Numbered from the stretch's first letter, positions 20,690 to 30,444 are shown. The stretch: DNA of 36,056 bases from an uncultured archaeon (GCA_938083505.1 CALKCF010000005.1:1-36056); one strand, 5' to 3'. Made by a program: numbers and translations. The notes: generated from the letters alone by a model not told the origin.

Positions 20690-21382
20690 ATGCCAGGGCT
20701 GGGGAGAGACTGGTGGAGGGTCGTAAAGGCACTCAGCAGGCTTCCGTGCTTTTACGATAAGCTAAATACGATAATATCGCTTGGTAGGGATAAAGAGTTT
20801 AGAAAGATTACGGCCAGAAAGTTAGGGGGTGTAAATGATGTGGTGCTGGATGTTGGCGCAGGTAATGGGGCGATGACGAAAGCTATGCTTGCAGAGAATC
20901 CGAATATGAACTTCATCATAATGTTGGATTTCTTGCCTGAAATGCTGAAGAATGCGGATGTAGAGCGCTCGGTTTGCGAGAAGGTTGTTGGAGCGTTCGA
21001 AGCAATACCGCTGAGAGATAATTCAGTGGAGGGTGTGGTCATGGCATTCTCCTTACGTGACGCTTACGATATGAATGTCGCTTTACAAAATGTTAATAGA
21101 GTTATGAAGAATTATGGAAAACTCGTAATTTTAGAACTCGGGAAGCCAGACCATGCATTCAAGCGTTTCCTTATCACACTCTATTGGAGATTCGTCTCAC
21201 CCATGCTGGCGTTCATGAAGCTGGGAAGAAAGGGTTTGCTGGCATACGAGATATATCTGACCTATACGAAGATGCCAAAGAATGGAACATTCATAGAGTT
21301 AATAAAGGCATTTTTTGAAAACGTATGCGTTGAGAAAAAAATGCTGGATGGTGTGTTGCTGATAAGTGCCTCACATCGTTAA
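20690..21382 (+). CDS. UbiE/MenG-like class I SAM-dependent methyltransferase
   Basis: YDKLN..ISLGRD, VLDVGAGNG, FSLRD, ILELGKP. Confidence 0.85.
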   Translation: MPGLGRDWWRVVKALSRLPCFYDKLNTIISLGRDKEFRKITARKLGGVNDVVLDVGAGNGAMTKAMLAENPNMNFIIMLDFLPEMLKNADVERSVCEKVVGAFEAIPLRDNSVEGVVMAFSLRDAYDMNVALQNVNRVMKNYGKLVILELGKPDHAFKRFLITLYWRFVSPMLAFMKLGRKGLLAYEIYLTYTKMPKNGTFIELIKAFFENVCVEKKMLDGVLLISASHR

Positions 21383-21415
21383 ATACATCCGACAGCCATT
21401 TGTTAATGAGCGTTC

Positions 21416-21946
21416 TTGAGGAGAGCATTATTTGTAGGCAGGTTCCAGCCAATACATATGGGTCATGTCGAAGCGGTAAAGCATATACTATCTGAGAATG
21501 ACGAACTTATAATCGTGGTGGGAAGCGCACAATATAGCCACACATTCGATAACCCATTCACAGCTGGTGAGAGGATAGAGATGGTGAGAATGGCCTTAGA
21601 GGAAGTAGGCGTAGACCTCAGAAGGGTTCTTATAATACCAGTGCCTGACGTGGGCTCACACTCTATATGGGTCTCACATATTAAATCGTTAACACCGTGT
21701 TTTCAAACAGTATACACCAACAACCCGCTTGTCACACAACTATTCATGGAGGCAGGCTATGAGGTGAAACCAATCAAGATGTTCAGGAGGGATGAACTCA
21801 TAGCAACAAGGATAAGAAAGATGATGGCAGAAGGTGAGGAGTGGAAATCGTTCGTGCCAAAATCTGTAGCAGATTTCATCGAGAAGATAGATGGTGTGAA
21901 ACGGCTTAGGACAATAATCAGTACAGACTCGCCTACTCATGCCTAA
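21416..21946 (+). CDS. nadM: Nicotinamide-nucleotide adenylyltransferase
   Basis: GRFQPIHMGH, GSAQYSH..NPFTAGER, NNPLV, ATRIR. Confidence 0.95.
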   Translation: MRRALFVGRFQPIHMGHVEAVKHILSENDELIIVVGSAQYSHTFDNPFTAGERIEMVRMALEEVGVDLRRVLIIPVPDVGSHSIWVSHIKSLTPCFQTVYTNNPLVTQLFMEAGYEVKPIKMFRRDELIATRIRKMMAEGEEWKSFVPKSVADFIEKIDGVKRLRTIISTDSPTHA

Positions 21947-22733
21947 TGCGCACCCTCTCGCCGACCTTAGCACCGGTAATCTCTGCAGCGCTTCCCATGT
22001 TAACAGCAATTTCTAGAAAACCAGTGCCCCCAAATACAATTAGCATGGAACCAGCAGTAACTTCCCCATAAGTTTTACACAAAGGAAGTACGTAACGTTT
22101 GTCACCCAGCTCAACCTCATATCTTACGGCCGTAGGTCCTAATAGTGCAAGGGCCTCCTCAGATATGTTAGTTATGAGGTTGCCAAATTTATCTATATGC
22201 ATCAACTCTCCACACAACCAACCATTAGAAATTGTTGGTTCAAAAAACTCCGCCCTTTTCATGTAGTCAATTTGCTTTCCCAGCTTTTCGGGGTTGACAC
22301 CGATTGCAAGCTTAGCGGCTACGTACGCAAATACGTCCCTTCCATGAAAAGTCTCACAAATTCTTGGTGGAATCTTTGACTGGTCTATCTCATATATGCT
22401 CACGATACCAGCTGCGTTCGCCGCGGGCCACATAAGGCCAGTATCAGGGCCTACAAAAATATGTCCGGACTTTGTAACGACAATTATCCCTTTCCTTTCT
22501 GTCCCAACTTTTGGATCGACTACACATACATGAACTGTACCCTTCGGAAAGTGCTTCGCAACCGTTAGGAGGATGAACGCCCCTCGCCTTTCGTCAAAAC
22601 TTGGTATTGTATGTACTATGTCAACTATTTGTGCGTCACGGACGATGGAAAGTATCTTCGCCTTTACTTCTGCAACATATGGATCTCCTAAACCATAATC
22701 CGTGGTTAGTGTTATAATTGGCCTTCTTCTCAT
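21933..22733 (-). CDS. SAM hydroxide adenosyltransferase / chlorinase family (DUF62)
   Basis: ITLTTDYG..D.YV, VVDP.VGT.R, GPD.G, TFHGRDVF, IDKFGN.ITN, LEIAVN.GSA. Start taken at ATG 22733. Confidence 0.92.
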   Translation of the reverse strand: MRRRPIITLTTDYGLGDPYVAEVKAKILSIVRDAQIVDIVHTIPSFDERRGAFILLTVAKHFPKGTVHVCVVDPKVGTERKGIIVVTKSGHIFVGPDTGLMWPAANAAGIVSIYEIDQSKIPPRICETFHGRDVFAYVAAKLAIGVNPEKLGKQIDYMKRAEFFEPTISNGWLCGELMHIDKFGNLITNISEEALALLGPTAVRYEVELGDKRYVLPLCKTYGEVTAGSMLIVFGGTGFLEIAVNMGSAAEITGAKVGERVRIRHE

Positions 22734-22820
22734 AATTGGTGAAAAATCGACCCCTTCAATAAAGCTTTCCATATCTGATTTAATAGAGGGTATAGCATAA
22801 GAACTACGGGAAGCTAGATG

Positions 22821-23183
22821 ATGAGAGCTTTCCGATATAAGCAGGTAATTGTGGTAAGGGCGGACCTTGGCATGAGCGTCGGTAAGCTTGCAGCCCAAGT
22901 GGGGCATGCCGCCGTCTCTGCTACGGAGGAATGTAGGAGACTGAAGCCTAAGTGGTTGGACGAATGGATGGAGGAGGGGCAGAAGAAGGTCGTAGTTAAG
23001 GTGAGGTCTAAGGACGAGCTCGAAGAGCTAAAGAAGAAGGCCGATGCGCTTGGTATACCTAATGCTCTTATATCCGACGCCGGCCTGACCGAGCTAGAGC
23101 CTGGAACCGTGACGACTCTCGGGATAGGGCCGGCCCCCTCTGAACTGGTGGATAAAGTTACGGGCAACTTGCCTCTACTATGA
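22821..23183 (+). CDS. pth2: Peptidyl-tRNA hydrolase 2
   Basis: KQVIVVR.DL.MS.GKLAAQV.HA, GQKKVV, DAGLTEL.PGT.T.LGIGP. Confidence 0.96.
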   Translation: MRAFRYKQVIVVRADLGMSVGKLAAQVGHAAVSATEECRRLKPKWLDEWMEEGQKKVVVKVRSKDELEELKKKADALGIPNALISDAGLTELEPGTVTTLGIGPAPSELVDKVTGNLPLL

Positions 23184-23192
23184 GCTTATCGG

Positions 23193-24593
23193 GTGAAGGT
23201 AATGATATTGAACAAGCTCCAGCCAAAAGATATCGAGCGTTTCATTGGTATAGAAAGTTATGCAACAAAGTCGGAAGGTATTGGTGGTGTGATTAAGGAA
23301 AAACCTGATGACTTCATAGTATGGGAGGTTCTGAAGGATGGAAGTGATGCAAAAAGAATGTTCGAAACGAGGTTTTCAAGCGATGGACACGGTAAATTCT
23401 TACTATGCGTACTGCATAAAGTCGATGTTGATACGATGTCGGCAATATTCCTCATATCTAGGCGGCTTGGTATTAAACAGGAAGATGTAGGTGTTTGTGG
23501 AATAAAGGACAGAAGGGCCCGTTCATGGCAGTTCATTACTGTACCCGACAACGGCATGCTAGCATCTAACGAAACTATTCAGCTTGCAGAGCGTATCTGG
23601 TTACGTGGAATATCCACAAGGGGCTCTAAGCTTTCATCAGTTGAGCTGCATAGAAATATGTTTGAGATCAAGATTTCTAAGTTACGATTTAGTGGTCGCT
23701 CGGCTACCGATCTACTCAAAAGAACAATCGATGAGTTAAGGCTAAAGGGTGTGCCAAACTTTTTTGGGCATCAAAGATTCGGAGCATCCAGACCGATAAC
23801 GCACATCATCGGAAAACTGATAACAAAGGGCATGCTCAAAGAGGCTGTCGAAGAGTTCATAATGGATTGGACATATTTTGAGCCGAGGGTTATAAGAGAG
23901 ATGAGGATGAAGCTTGCAGAATCTTGGAATCTTGAAGGTGCATTAAAGTATCTGCCGAAGTATTTTTTCTATGAACGAACCATGATCAAGTATCTAAAAA
24001 ATAATTCAGAGGATTATGTGGGTGCACTTAGAAGGTTGCCTTTAAGACTTAGAAGGCTGTTCGTGGAAGCCTACTCGTCGTACATTTTCAACAAATGCCT
24101 CTCAAAGCTACTGACAAAGAATTCTGAACTATTAGTACCTAAAGCCGGGGATCTAGTTGTTGAGCTTGATGCTTATGGTTTACCAATTCGTAAACCCTTC
24201 TTCTTGAATTCTGGTGCCCTAGCAAGGGCACTATCTCTTGCTCAGGCTGGTAAGCTATCTATCCTCCTACCGGTGCCGGGACATAAGGTCAGGTTGCCGA
24301 ATAATGAGAAGGGAGAGATTTTAGAAGAAGTTCTAAAAGAAGAGGGTGTGGAATTAGAGGACTTCGCATCTAAGGCCTTACCGGAAGCAGCAACAGCAGG
24401 AAGTTACAGACCAATTGCTATACCTTTTTGGGAGCTCGAAATCTCTAACGTAGGGGAGGAAGACATATGGATTCACCTCTCCCTTCCGAGCGGGTGCTAT
24501 GCTACGTCTTTATTAAGGGAGCTTATGAAACCCGAAAACGCTCTCTGCTTTGAAGGCTACTCAGATAAATATCTTGGCTTAAGTTTGAATTGA
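23193..24593 (+). CDS. truD: tRNA pseudouridine(13) synthase
   Basis: IK..PDDF.V.E, GIKDRRA...Q, PNFFGHQRFG, AYSSYIFN, G.YAT.LLRE. Confidence 0.95.
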   Translation: MKVMILNKLQPKDIERFIGIESYATKSEGIGGVIKEKPDDFIVWEVLKDGSDAKRMFETRFSSDGHGKFLLCVLHKVDVDTMSAIFLISRRLGIKQEDVGVCGIKDRRARSWQFITVPDNGMLASNETIQLAERIWLRGISTRGSKLSSVELHRNMFEIKISKLRFSGRSATDLLKRTIDELRLKGVPNFFGHQRFGASRPITHIIGKLITKGMLKEAVEEFIMDWTYFEPRVIREMRMKLAESWNLEGALKYLPKYFFYERTMIKYLKNNSEDYVGALRRLPLRLRRLFVEAYSSYIFNKCLSKLLTKNSELLVPKAGDLVVELDAYGLPIRKPFFLNSGALARALSLAQAGKLSILLPVPGHKVRLPNNEKGEILEEVLKEEGVELEDFASKALPEAATAGSYRPIAIPFWELEISNVGEEDIWIHLSLPSGCYATSLLRELMKPENALCFEGYSDKYLGLSLN

Positions 24594-24615
24594 GGGTTTT
24601 GTTGGAGGGATTTGT

Positions 24616-25404
24616 GTGAGGGAAGTGATACAGGAGGGCTCTAGGGTTTTATTATTAACAGAACGGAAGAAGCGATATCTCGTTAGAGTCAAACCTGGAG
24701 TAAGATTTCACACTAGCGAGGGCTACATTGACCTATCCGAACTTATTGGTAAGAGGTACGGCACAAGGCTTACGAGTAACATAGGCTCTGTTTGGTTTGC
24801 TCTGAAGCCCACGATTTTAGATATAATTATGAAGATGCCAAGACCGACCCAGATAGTCTATCCCAAAGACTTGGGAGCAATCATAACCCTTGGAAATATT
24901 AGGCCAGGTTCTAGGGTGCTCGAGGCCGGAACAGGTAGTGGGGTCCTAACAGCTGTTATAGCATCTTATGTCATGCCCGACGGTATAGTCTATAGTTACG
25001 ACATCTCAGAAGAATATTTGGAGAATGCAAGAAAGCAGCTTGACGAGTTAGGCTTGTTACCGTACGTAGTACTAAAGCAGGGTGATGTTACTGCGAGGAT
25101 AGAAGAAAGGGATTTGGATACGGTGGTTTTAGACATACCAACGCCTTGGCTGGCAGTGCAGAATGTATACGAGGCATTATCCGATGGAGGTATCTTTATA
25201 TCACTAAGCCCCACGATCGAGCAAGTAATCGAGACAGTTGATGCAATTGGCTCGAACGGCTTCGCCGACATCACCACTATTGAGTTACTAATGAGGACTT
25301 TAAGGGTTAAGAGAGGAATGACAAGACCCGATCATATAATGAGAGCACACACAGTCTATATTACGACAGCCAGGAAGGTTTGTCGCGATTCTTTGAGTTA
25401 TTAA
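24616..25404 (+). CDS. trmI: tRNA (adenine-57/58-N1)-methyltransferase
   Basis: RPTQIVYPKD, VLEAGTGSG, LDIPTPW, PTIEQV, RP...M.AHT.Y. Confidence 0.95.
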   Translation: MREVIQEGSRVLLLTERKKRYLVRVKPGVRFHTSEGYIDLSELIGKRYGTRLTSNIGSVWFALKPTILDIIMKMPRPTQIVYPKDLGAIITLGNIRPGSRVLEAGTGSGVLTAVIASYVMPDGIVYSYDISEEYLENARKQLDELGLLPYVVLKQGDVTARIEERDLDTVVLDIPTPWLAVQNVYEALSDGGIFISLSPTIEQVIETVDAIGSNGFADITTIELLMRTLRVKRGMTRPDHIMRAHTVYITTARKVCRDSLSY

Positions 25405-25586
25405 GGTATCTGTTCCCGCTTACCTTCTTCACTCGGTGTGGTTTCTGTCGTTGGCTTTTCCTCAGTAGTCGAAGGAGCTTCCTCGGTCGGCGCGGGTACT
25501 ACCTTCTTAGGTGGTGCCCTCTTCTTGGCTTTTTTCTTTGTAACCTTTCCTTTTTTCTTTCCTATCTTTTTTCTTTTTTTAGCCAT
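25401..25586 (-). CDS. Small low-complexity protein: Lys-rich N-half, Glu/Thr/Pro-rich C-half
   Basis: ATG with upstream purine-rich sequence and an AT-rich TATA-like stretch; stop overlaps the trmI stop; fills an otherwise empty gap. Confidence 0.7.
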   Translation of the reverse strand: MAKKRKKIGKKKGKVTKKKAKKRAPPKKVVPAPTEEAPSTTEEKPTTETTPSEEGKREQIP

Positions 25587-25686
25587 ACGCTTTCCCTATA
25601 TGTTTCCTCATAACTCCTTAATATTTATTTTGTGATGAGGTTTTCTCCCAGTTGTAATAAATGAGTTTGAAATAAGGTGGCGAATT

Positions 25687-25869
25687 TTGAGAGACGTATT
25701 GAAAGGTCTAATAACGGTTGTACTTACGATGTTGATAGGTTTATCCGTAGTGTTTGGTTATGTTTCTGAGAGATTGTTGAATGCGCAACCGCCTATGGGC
25801 ACCGTTGTGGCTATTATAATACTGACTATATGTACGGTTGCAGCTCTTGTGATATTTTGGAAAGGATAA
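25687..25869 (+). CDS. Small two-TM membrane protein
   Basis: 60 aa with two hydrophobic segments; TTG start preceded by AGGTGG SD-like sequence. Confidence 0.6.
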   Translation: MRDVLKGLITVVLTMLIGLSVVFGYVSERLLNAQPPMGTVVAIIILTICTVAALVIFWKG

Positions 25870-25871
25870 AG

Positions 25872-26492
25872 TTACGTAGTGAGACCTTTCTGCTGGAGTA
25901 TAAATTTTATTAGGTTGACTAGTTCTTTGGCACATTCAATAGCGTGCTGAAACGGATATTGTTGAGGATAATAATACTTAAAGATCTTCAGATAACACTT
26001 TGCCTCGTTCGCTGCCGCTACGGCAAACATTTTGCTGATGTTTTGATGTTCTTCTATTACCTCTATGCTATCTAACCCCCTCTTTCTTACCATCTCTTGG
26101 TCCATTTCCCTTCTTGCGAGTATGTCTTCGGGTCTGAATTCTAAGAATGCTATCAAGTCAACGTTCAATACTCTAACAACTTCAGATGGTAACCCTGGAT
26201 AATATCCATAAGGTGTGCTTATAGCGGCATGTGTGTCTACGATGATGACGTCATCACTCCGGCTTGCTATCACCTTTGCTGCATGAAGTTGAAGATCTCT
26301 ATAATCCAGAAGGGCAAGCCTTTTCCTCATTTCGTCCCTGTCTGTTACGCCGAAATGTTTGGAAGCTTCCTCTAACATAAGATCGCCAAAATTTATGACG
26401 GAAATCGATGGCATAATCTCTTTGAGCTTTTTAAGAATTGTGGTCTTACCAGCACCCGGTACAGCTACAACTACTATTACTGTTTTGACCAT
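25872..26492 (-). CDS. adkA: Archaeal adenylate kinase
   Basis: VPGAGKTT, INFGD.M, RDEMRK, VDTH, GYYPGLP. Confidence 0.93.
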   Translation of the reverse strand: MVKTVIVVVAVPGAGKTTILKKLKEIMPSISVINFGDLMLEEASKHFGVTDRDEMRKRLALLDYRDLQLHAAKVIASRSDDVIIVDTHAAISTPYGYYPGLPSEVVRVLNVDLIAFLEFRPEDILARREMDQEMVRKRGLDSIEVIEEHQNISKMFAVAAANEAKCYLKIFKYYYPQQYPFQHAIECAKELVNLIKFILQQKGLTT

Positions 26493-26524
26493 AATTAGGA
26501 CACTGCAAACTCGACACTTTATTA

Positions 26525-27304
26525 TCAGAATTGCATTTCTAGTTGTTTTTCAAGTCTCTGTCTTTGAGCTAAGTATTCATCCTCTTTAAGCTCGCCGATC
26601 TTGTATTTCAACTCTAGTTTGTTGAGTTCATGCTTTATTTTTTTGTGCTGTTCCATCAGAACGTTTAAGCTTTCGAGCACGTTGCTTAGGTCCTTTACTA
26701 TGAGATCTATGAGTTCATTGTTCAGGTTAAGGCTTTTTCCAGAATTTTTAATCCTCTCCATTCTTGAGCGGACCGATTCTTCGAATGCTGGCAAGTCTGC
26801 GAGCCTTACGTCAAAAGGATTCTGCATAAGTCCAAGCTTAGGTCTTAACTTTGAGAGCTCTTTGTCTATCTCCAGTTTCGACATTATGTACTGTCTATCC
26901 GGTATCTCACCAACTTCATGTCTGACCTTGAGTTGGTTAAGCTTCATCGTCAGCTCGCTTATCTTATCTTCTATCTTTGCTTTTTCCTCCTGTAGCTTAG
27001 TTTCAAGCGTTTTGATTCTATCGTGGTATTCTTTGTACACTTCTTCGAAGATTTCAACATCTGTACCGCCTTCTAAGAATACGTCTAGGAGTTTGAACCT
27101 CCATTTGTGGAGGTTGGCGATTTGCTCGATAAGTTTCCTTTCTTCGACCATTTCTTCGGATTTTGGCGCCTCTACAGTCGGTATTTGCGGAACAGCTTGC
27201 ACTTCAACCGCAGGTTCTAGCTCCTTTCCACAATACATACAGAACCTCCCTCTGATTGTTAACTTACCGCAATGTGGGCATGTAACCCTCTCTACGCCGC
27301 TCAT
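26525..27304 (-). CDS. Double zinc-ribbon plus CdvA-like coiled-coil protein
   Basis: CPHCG...RFCMYCG N-terminus; helical repeats L..G....E.FE..Y, LKVRHEVGEI...QY and LELKYKIGEL.E.EY. Confidence 0.7.
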   Translation of the reverse strand: MSGVERVTCPHCGKLTIRGRFCMYCGKELEPAVEVQAVPQIPTVEAPKSEEMVEERKLIEQIANLHKWRFKLLDVFLEGGTDVEIFEEVYKEYHDRIKTLETKLQEEKAKIEDKISELTMKLNQLKVRHEVGEIPDRQYIMSKLEIDKELSKLRPKLGLMQNPFDVRLADLPAFEESVRSRMERIKNSGKSLNLNNELIDLIVKDLSNVLESLNVLMEQHKKIKHELNKLELKYKIGELKEDEYLAQRQRLEKQLEMQF

Positions 27305-27528
27305 AATACTCACAATTTTCTGCCCAAATAGGTATTTTTATAATTTAAAACTTTTTTTATAGAGGGATTGAGCCGGCTTATCGGTGTATAAATTGCGTAT
27401 TTTTTTGGTAATTTCTCGGCTTTCTTGAAATTGTTTTCATTTTAAAAAGCAAATTAAAGAGGTTTTAACACTTCAGAAAGGTTATTATAGGGGAAACAAG
27501 CTCTATTTTTGCAAAAGAGGGTTGTTTT

Positions 27529-27762
27529 ATGTCCCAAGGTGAGCTTTCAACGGCTCCAATTCACAGAATAATAAAAAAGGCGGGTGCTGTTAGGGTAAGC
27601 GAGGAAGCAGCCGAAGAACTCAGACGCGTGTTGGAAGAGGTCGGCCTCGCCGTCGCAAAGGAAGCACTAGGTCTAGCAAGTTATGCGGGCAGAAGAACAG
27701 TTAAACGTGAGGATATAGAAAGAGCCGCAAGAACGTTGCTTAAAGGGATTTTCACACCATAA
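27529..27762 (+). CDS. Archaeal histone (HMf family)
   Basis: ELS.AP..RIIKKAGA.RVS..A, A..AGRRTVKREDI; upstream GAAAGGTTATTATA BRE/TATA. Confidence 0.95.
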   Translation: MSQGELSTAPIHRIIKKAGAVRVSEEAAEELRRVLEEVGLAVAKEALGLASYAGRRTVKREDIERAARTLLKGIFTP

Positions 27763-27854
27763 AGTTTAAGGAGAGTCCCGGTTGTCAGTATTCGCCCATA
27801 TTAATTAATACTTAAATTTCTTAAAAACAAAATAAAAAGGTCAGGGTATGCAAC

Positions 27855-28727
27855 ATGAACATTTCTAAAGTTGCCTTTTTTATTTTACTGTTTTTGCTTT
27901 TTCAACCAATAATCTTTGCCGAGAATTCCTACGCTGTTAAGGACATGACCTTGACAGTCTTCGCAGACGGTATCGTCCGGGTTAGCGCAGTAATTTTAGT
28001 TAACGAAGATGAGGTATCTGTTACCCTTCCGCTTTTGTCTCCTCAGACGCATGTGTTCAACTTGGCTGTCTTTGATGAAAATGCGGTACCGCTTGATTAT
28101 GAGTTTGGAGAGGTGAATATAACAATTTACTCTCTTGGTGCTGGTAATGTCTTGTTAGAATACGACACGGATTTTCTGACACGTAAGGAGGCAGGATTAT
28201 GGACGTTGACGATTAACACGCCTTTCGAGTTGAATGTTATTTTTCCTGAAAACTCAGTGCTGATATACATAAACGCGCCGCCATCGCTTATAAGCTCTGA
28301 CGGGGGTAAAATAAAGCTCACACTTTATCCTGGGGACTGGGAGATAAGTTATGAGTTAGTTTATCAAAGAACAACGACAGATACAGCGACACAGACTACA
28401 ACCCAAACAGTAAATCAGGTTATCCCTCCTGCCGAGGTTATACCTGTAGCCGCTTATTATGCGCTGGTTGTATGTGCTGTGGCTGCGGTCGCTATCGGGA
28501 TAGGGTTGAGTAAGCGTAGAAAGAAGTTCAAAAATCTTAGAAGAGAGGAGTTAGAAATCGTGCGTTTTTTGAAGGAAAATAATGGAAGGGCATTAGAGGC
28601 GGAGTTAAGGGAAGCTTTCCCAAGTATTCCTAGGACGACAATGTGGAGACTCGTTAAGAGGTTAGAAAAGAAGGGAATACTTAGGGTCAGAAAAGTTGGA
28701 CTACAGAACGTAGTAGAGCTAGCTTAA
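27855..28727 (+). CDS. Membrane-anchored winged-HTH protein (signal peptide, extracellular beta domain, Thr linker, TM, cytoplasmic wHTH)
   Basis: Hydrophobic N-terminus, TTTDTATQTTTQT linker, TM followed by KRRKK, then E.EL....IPRTTMWRLVKRLEKKG...V.K.G.QN.V.L. Confidence 0.85.
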   Translation: MNISKVAFFILLFLLFQPIIFAENSYAVKDMTLTVFADGIVRVSAVILVNEDEVSVTLPLLSPQTHVFNLAVFDENAVPLDYEFGEVNITIYSLGAGNVLLEYDTDFLTRKEAGLWTLTINTPFELNVIFPENSVLIYINAPPSLISSDGGKIKLTLYPGDWEISYELVYQRTTTDTATQTTTQTVNQVIPPAEVIPVAAYYALVVCAVAAVAIGIGLSKRRKKFKNLRREELEIVRFLKENNGRALEAELREAFPSIPRTTMWRLVKRLEKKGILRVRKVGLQNVVELA

Positions 28728-28732
28728 CAAAT

Positions 28733-30016
28733 TTATGGTATAGAGAATTCATCTACGGCTTCTATCAACTGCCCGCATTGTTCGCAAATTCCCCTTACGC
28801 AAACCCTGTACTCTCCTGGTTGGGGTTGATTAAGTCTTACCGTAACGTGTTCAACCTGCCCAGGTTCAAGAAAGACTATAACTTGGGCAGCGATTGGCGA
28901 GTAGTAGGGTTCCCATCTCCCATCTTCGCCTTTCCGCTCTATAGTTAAACCATAGGCGGAATCTTGAAATTGTAGTCTCACATTCCCTACGTTCTTCACT
29001 ATGATATCCAGAAAGACCCATCTAAGGTTACCGACGATGTTTTTCACATGAATCTCAACACTTAACGCTGGTGCACCTTCGACTTTGGGCTGAGTAGTTA
29101 CGGTTGACTCAACTTTCTTTTCGAGCTTCTTGAGCCCGTTTGCTAAAGACATCAACTTACTCATCAAACCTTTGGCATTTTTCGGTTCAATTGACTTGAT
29201 GGACTCCTTTAGTTGTTGTGCGTGTTCTCGAAATTCATTTGCGTTTTTGAATGCCGTTTCATTCAAGAAATTTGTGATGTTCACACCTATCGCATTTAAT
29301 TTATCAATCAGTGCTTCGTACCTTTCCTGGAGCCTTTCCATGAAACGCTCCATTCTGTCGGATACGATTTTTTCAGCCATCGACTTTAACGCTTGAGAAA
29401 TGAGCCTGTTGGCTTCAGCAATTCTGTGAGCGACATTAGATACGTTCTCTTCCTTAAGGAGCTCGGTTATCTCATCTATGTTTAGAAGATTTTTGGCAGT
29501 GTTTAGGATTGCTTGAAGTTCGGGTATCGACTTTTCTAGACATGCGATTCTTTCTATGGTTCTGTTGACTGCCACTAGCAGTCCTTGGGCTTTAATGAAT
29601 TCTTCTTCCAATTCAATCTCAGCTTGCTCGAGGACCGGCGCTAATAGCTTACGCACTTCTCGAAACCTCTCCATTGCACTTATTGTTAAACGCACTGCTT
29701 CGCCGTAGTTCCGTTCTCTAACCGCTACCTCGGCTTGACTGAGTAATGCATTCCCCTCTTCATAAAGTCTTTCAGCTTCCGTTAGGTTGGTACCATTTGT
29801 TGTTTCTTTGACCTTGTTTAGAAGGTATTCAATATGAGTAGATGCCTTTTTTGCTATTCCAATTAACGTCTCGGCTCTTTCAGCCTCACTTGACGAGTTT
29901 GCAGCGACAACTGTAATTGTCGATAGTTGGGTGAGTATTATAACAAGCACCAGTACAATACTTACCAAAATAACAGGGGTTTTTCTCTTCATGCCCATTT
30001 TCACTACATAAACCAT
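28733..30016 (-). CDS. Secreted or membrane-anchored alpha-helical protein with C-terminal Ig-like beta domain
   Basis: KRK plus hydrophobic signal; long Glu/Ala-rich helices; C-terminal VKNVG...Y.L.IER....W...AQVIV.LEPG...GEYRV. Confidence 0.75.
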   Translation of the reverse strand: MVYVVKMGMKRKTPVILVSIVLVLVIILTQLSTITVVAANSSSEAERAETLIGIAKKASTHIEYLLNKVKETTNGTNLTEAERLYEEGNALLSQAEVAVRERNYGEAVRLTISAMERFREVRKLLAPVLEQAEIELEEEFIKAQGLLVAVNRTIERIACLEKSIPELQAILNTAKNLLNIDEITELLKEENVSNVAHRIAEANRLISQALKSMAEKIVSDRMERFMERLQERYEALIDKLNAIGVNITNFLNETAFKNANEFREHAQQLKESIKSIEPKNAKGLMSKLMSLANGLKKLEKKVESTVTTQPKVEGAPALSVEIHVKNIVGNLRWVFLDIIVKNVGNVRLQFQDSAYGLTIERKGEDGRWEPYYSPIAAQVIVFLEPGQVEHVTVRLNQPQPGEYRVCVRGICEQCGQLIEAVDEFSIP

Positions 30017-30042
30017 GATTTGGCGTAAAGATAAGGGATGTT

Positions 30043-30073
30043 ATGAAACGTCACATCTCACCTAGGTGAAACG
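30043..30073. promoter_or_regulatory. Palindromic candidate operator
   Basis: ATGnnACGTnnCAT (30043-30056) next to perfect TCACCTAGGTGA (30058-30069); TGAAACG occurs twice, 23 bp apart. Confidence 0.45.
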
Positions 30074-30156
30074 CTGAAAAATAATTAGAAGCTTAAGTAT
30101 GTGTTTGTTAGATTTTTAAACTTTATTAGTCAGTGTGTTACCTATACACTCATCTT

Positions 30157-30444
30157 ATGACGGAATATAAAAAGAGAAAAGAGGGGCGGTTTATTATAGA
30201 AATTAACCATGAGACGCTAGATATAAAGGTGTTGCAACTATCAAAACCTATTAAAAGCATTAAAGCATACCTTGAGGACGAAAAGCTAGCAGGACAAGCA
30301 GTACACGTACAGACATTCAAAGTGCCTTCTTATTCTGAAGATTGGGAAGAGGTAGAAATGCTCCTACACGAAAAGAATTTCGAGGTGCTAGAATGGTTCG
30401 TAAGTGATAAAAAAGACTTGCTTTTAGCCGAGCGCCTTACCTGA
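30157..30444 (+). CDS. Hypothetical protein
   Basis: 95-aa ORF with protein-like composition; no recognised motif. Confidence 0.6.
   Translation: MTEYKKRKEGRFIIEINHETLDIKVLQLSKPIKSIKAYLEDEKLAGQAVHVQTFKVPSYSEDWEEVEMLLHEKNFEVLEWFVSDKKDLLLAERLT

Noticed and set aside
22734-22907. Long N-terminal extension of the DUF62 ORF
   Set aside because: It overlaps pth2 on the opposite strand; family homology begins at MRRRPIITL.
25632-25690. C/D-box sRNA starting at GTGATGA
   Set aside because: No properly spaced D'/D (CTGA) boxes.
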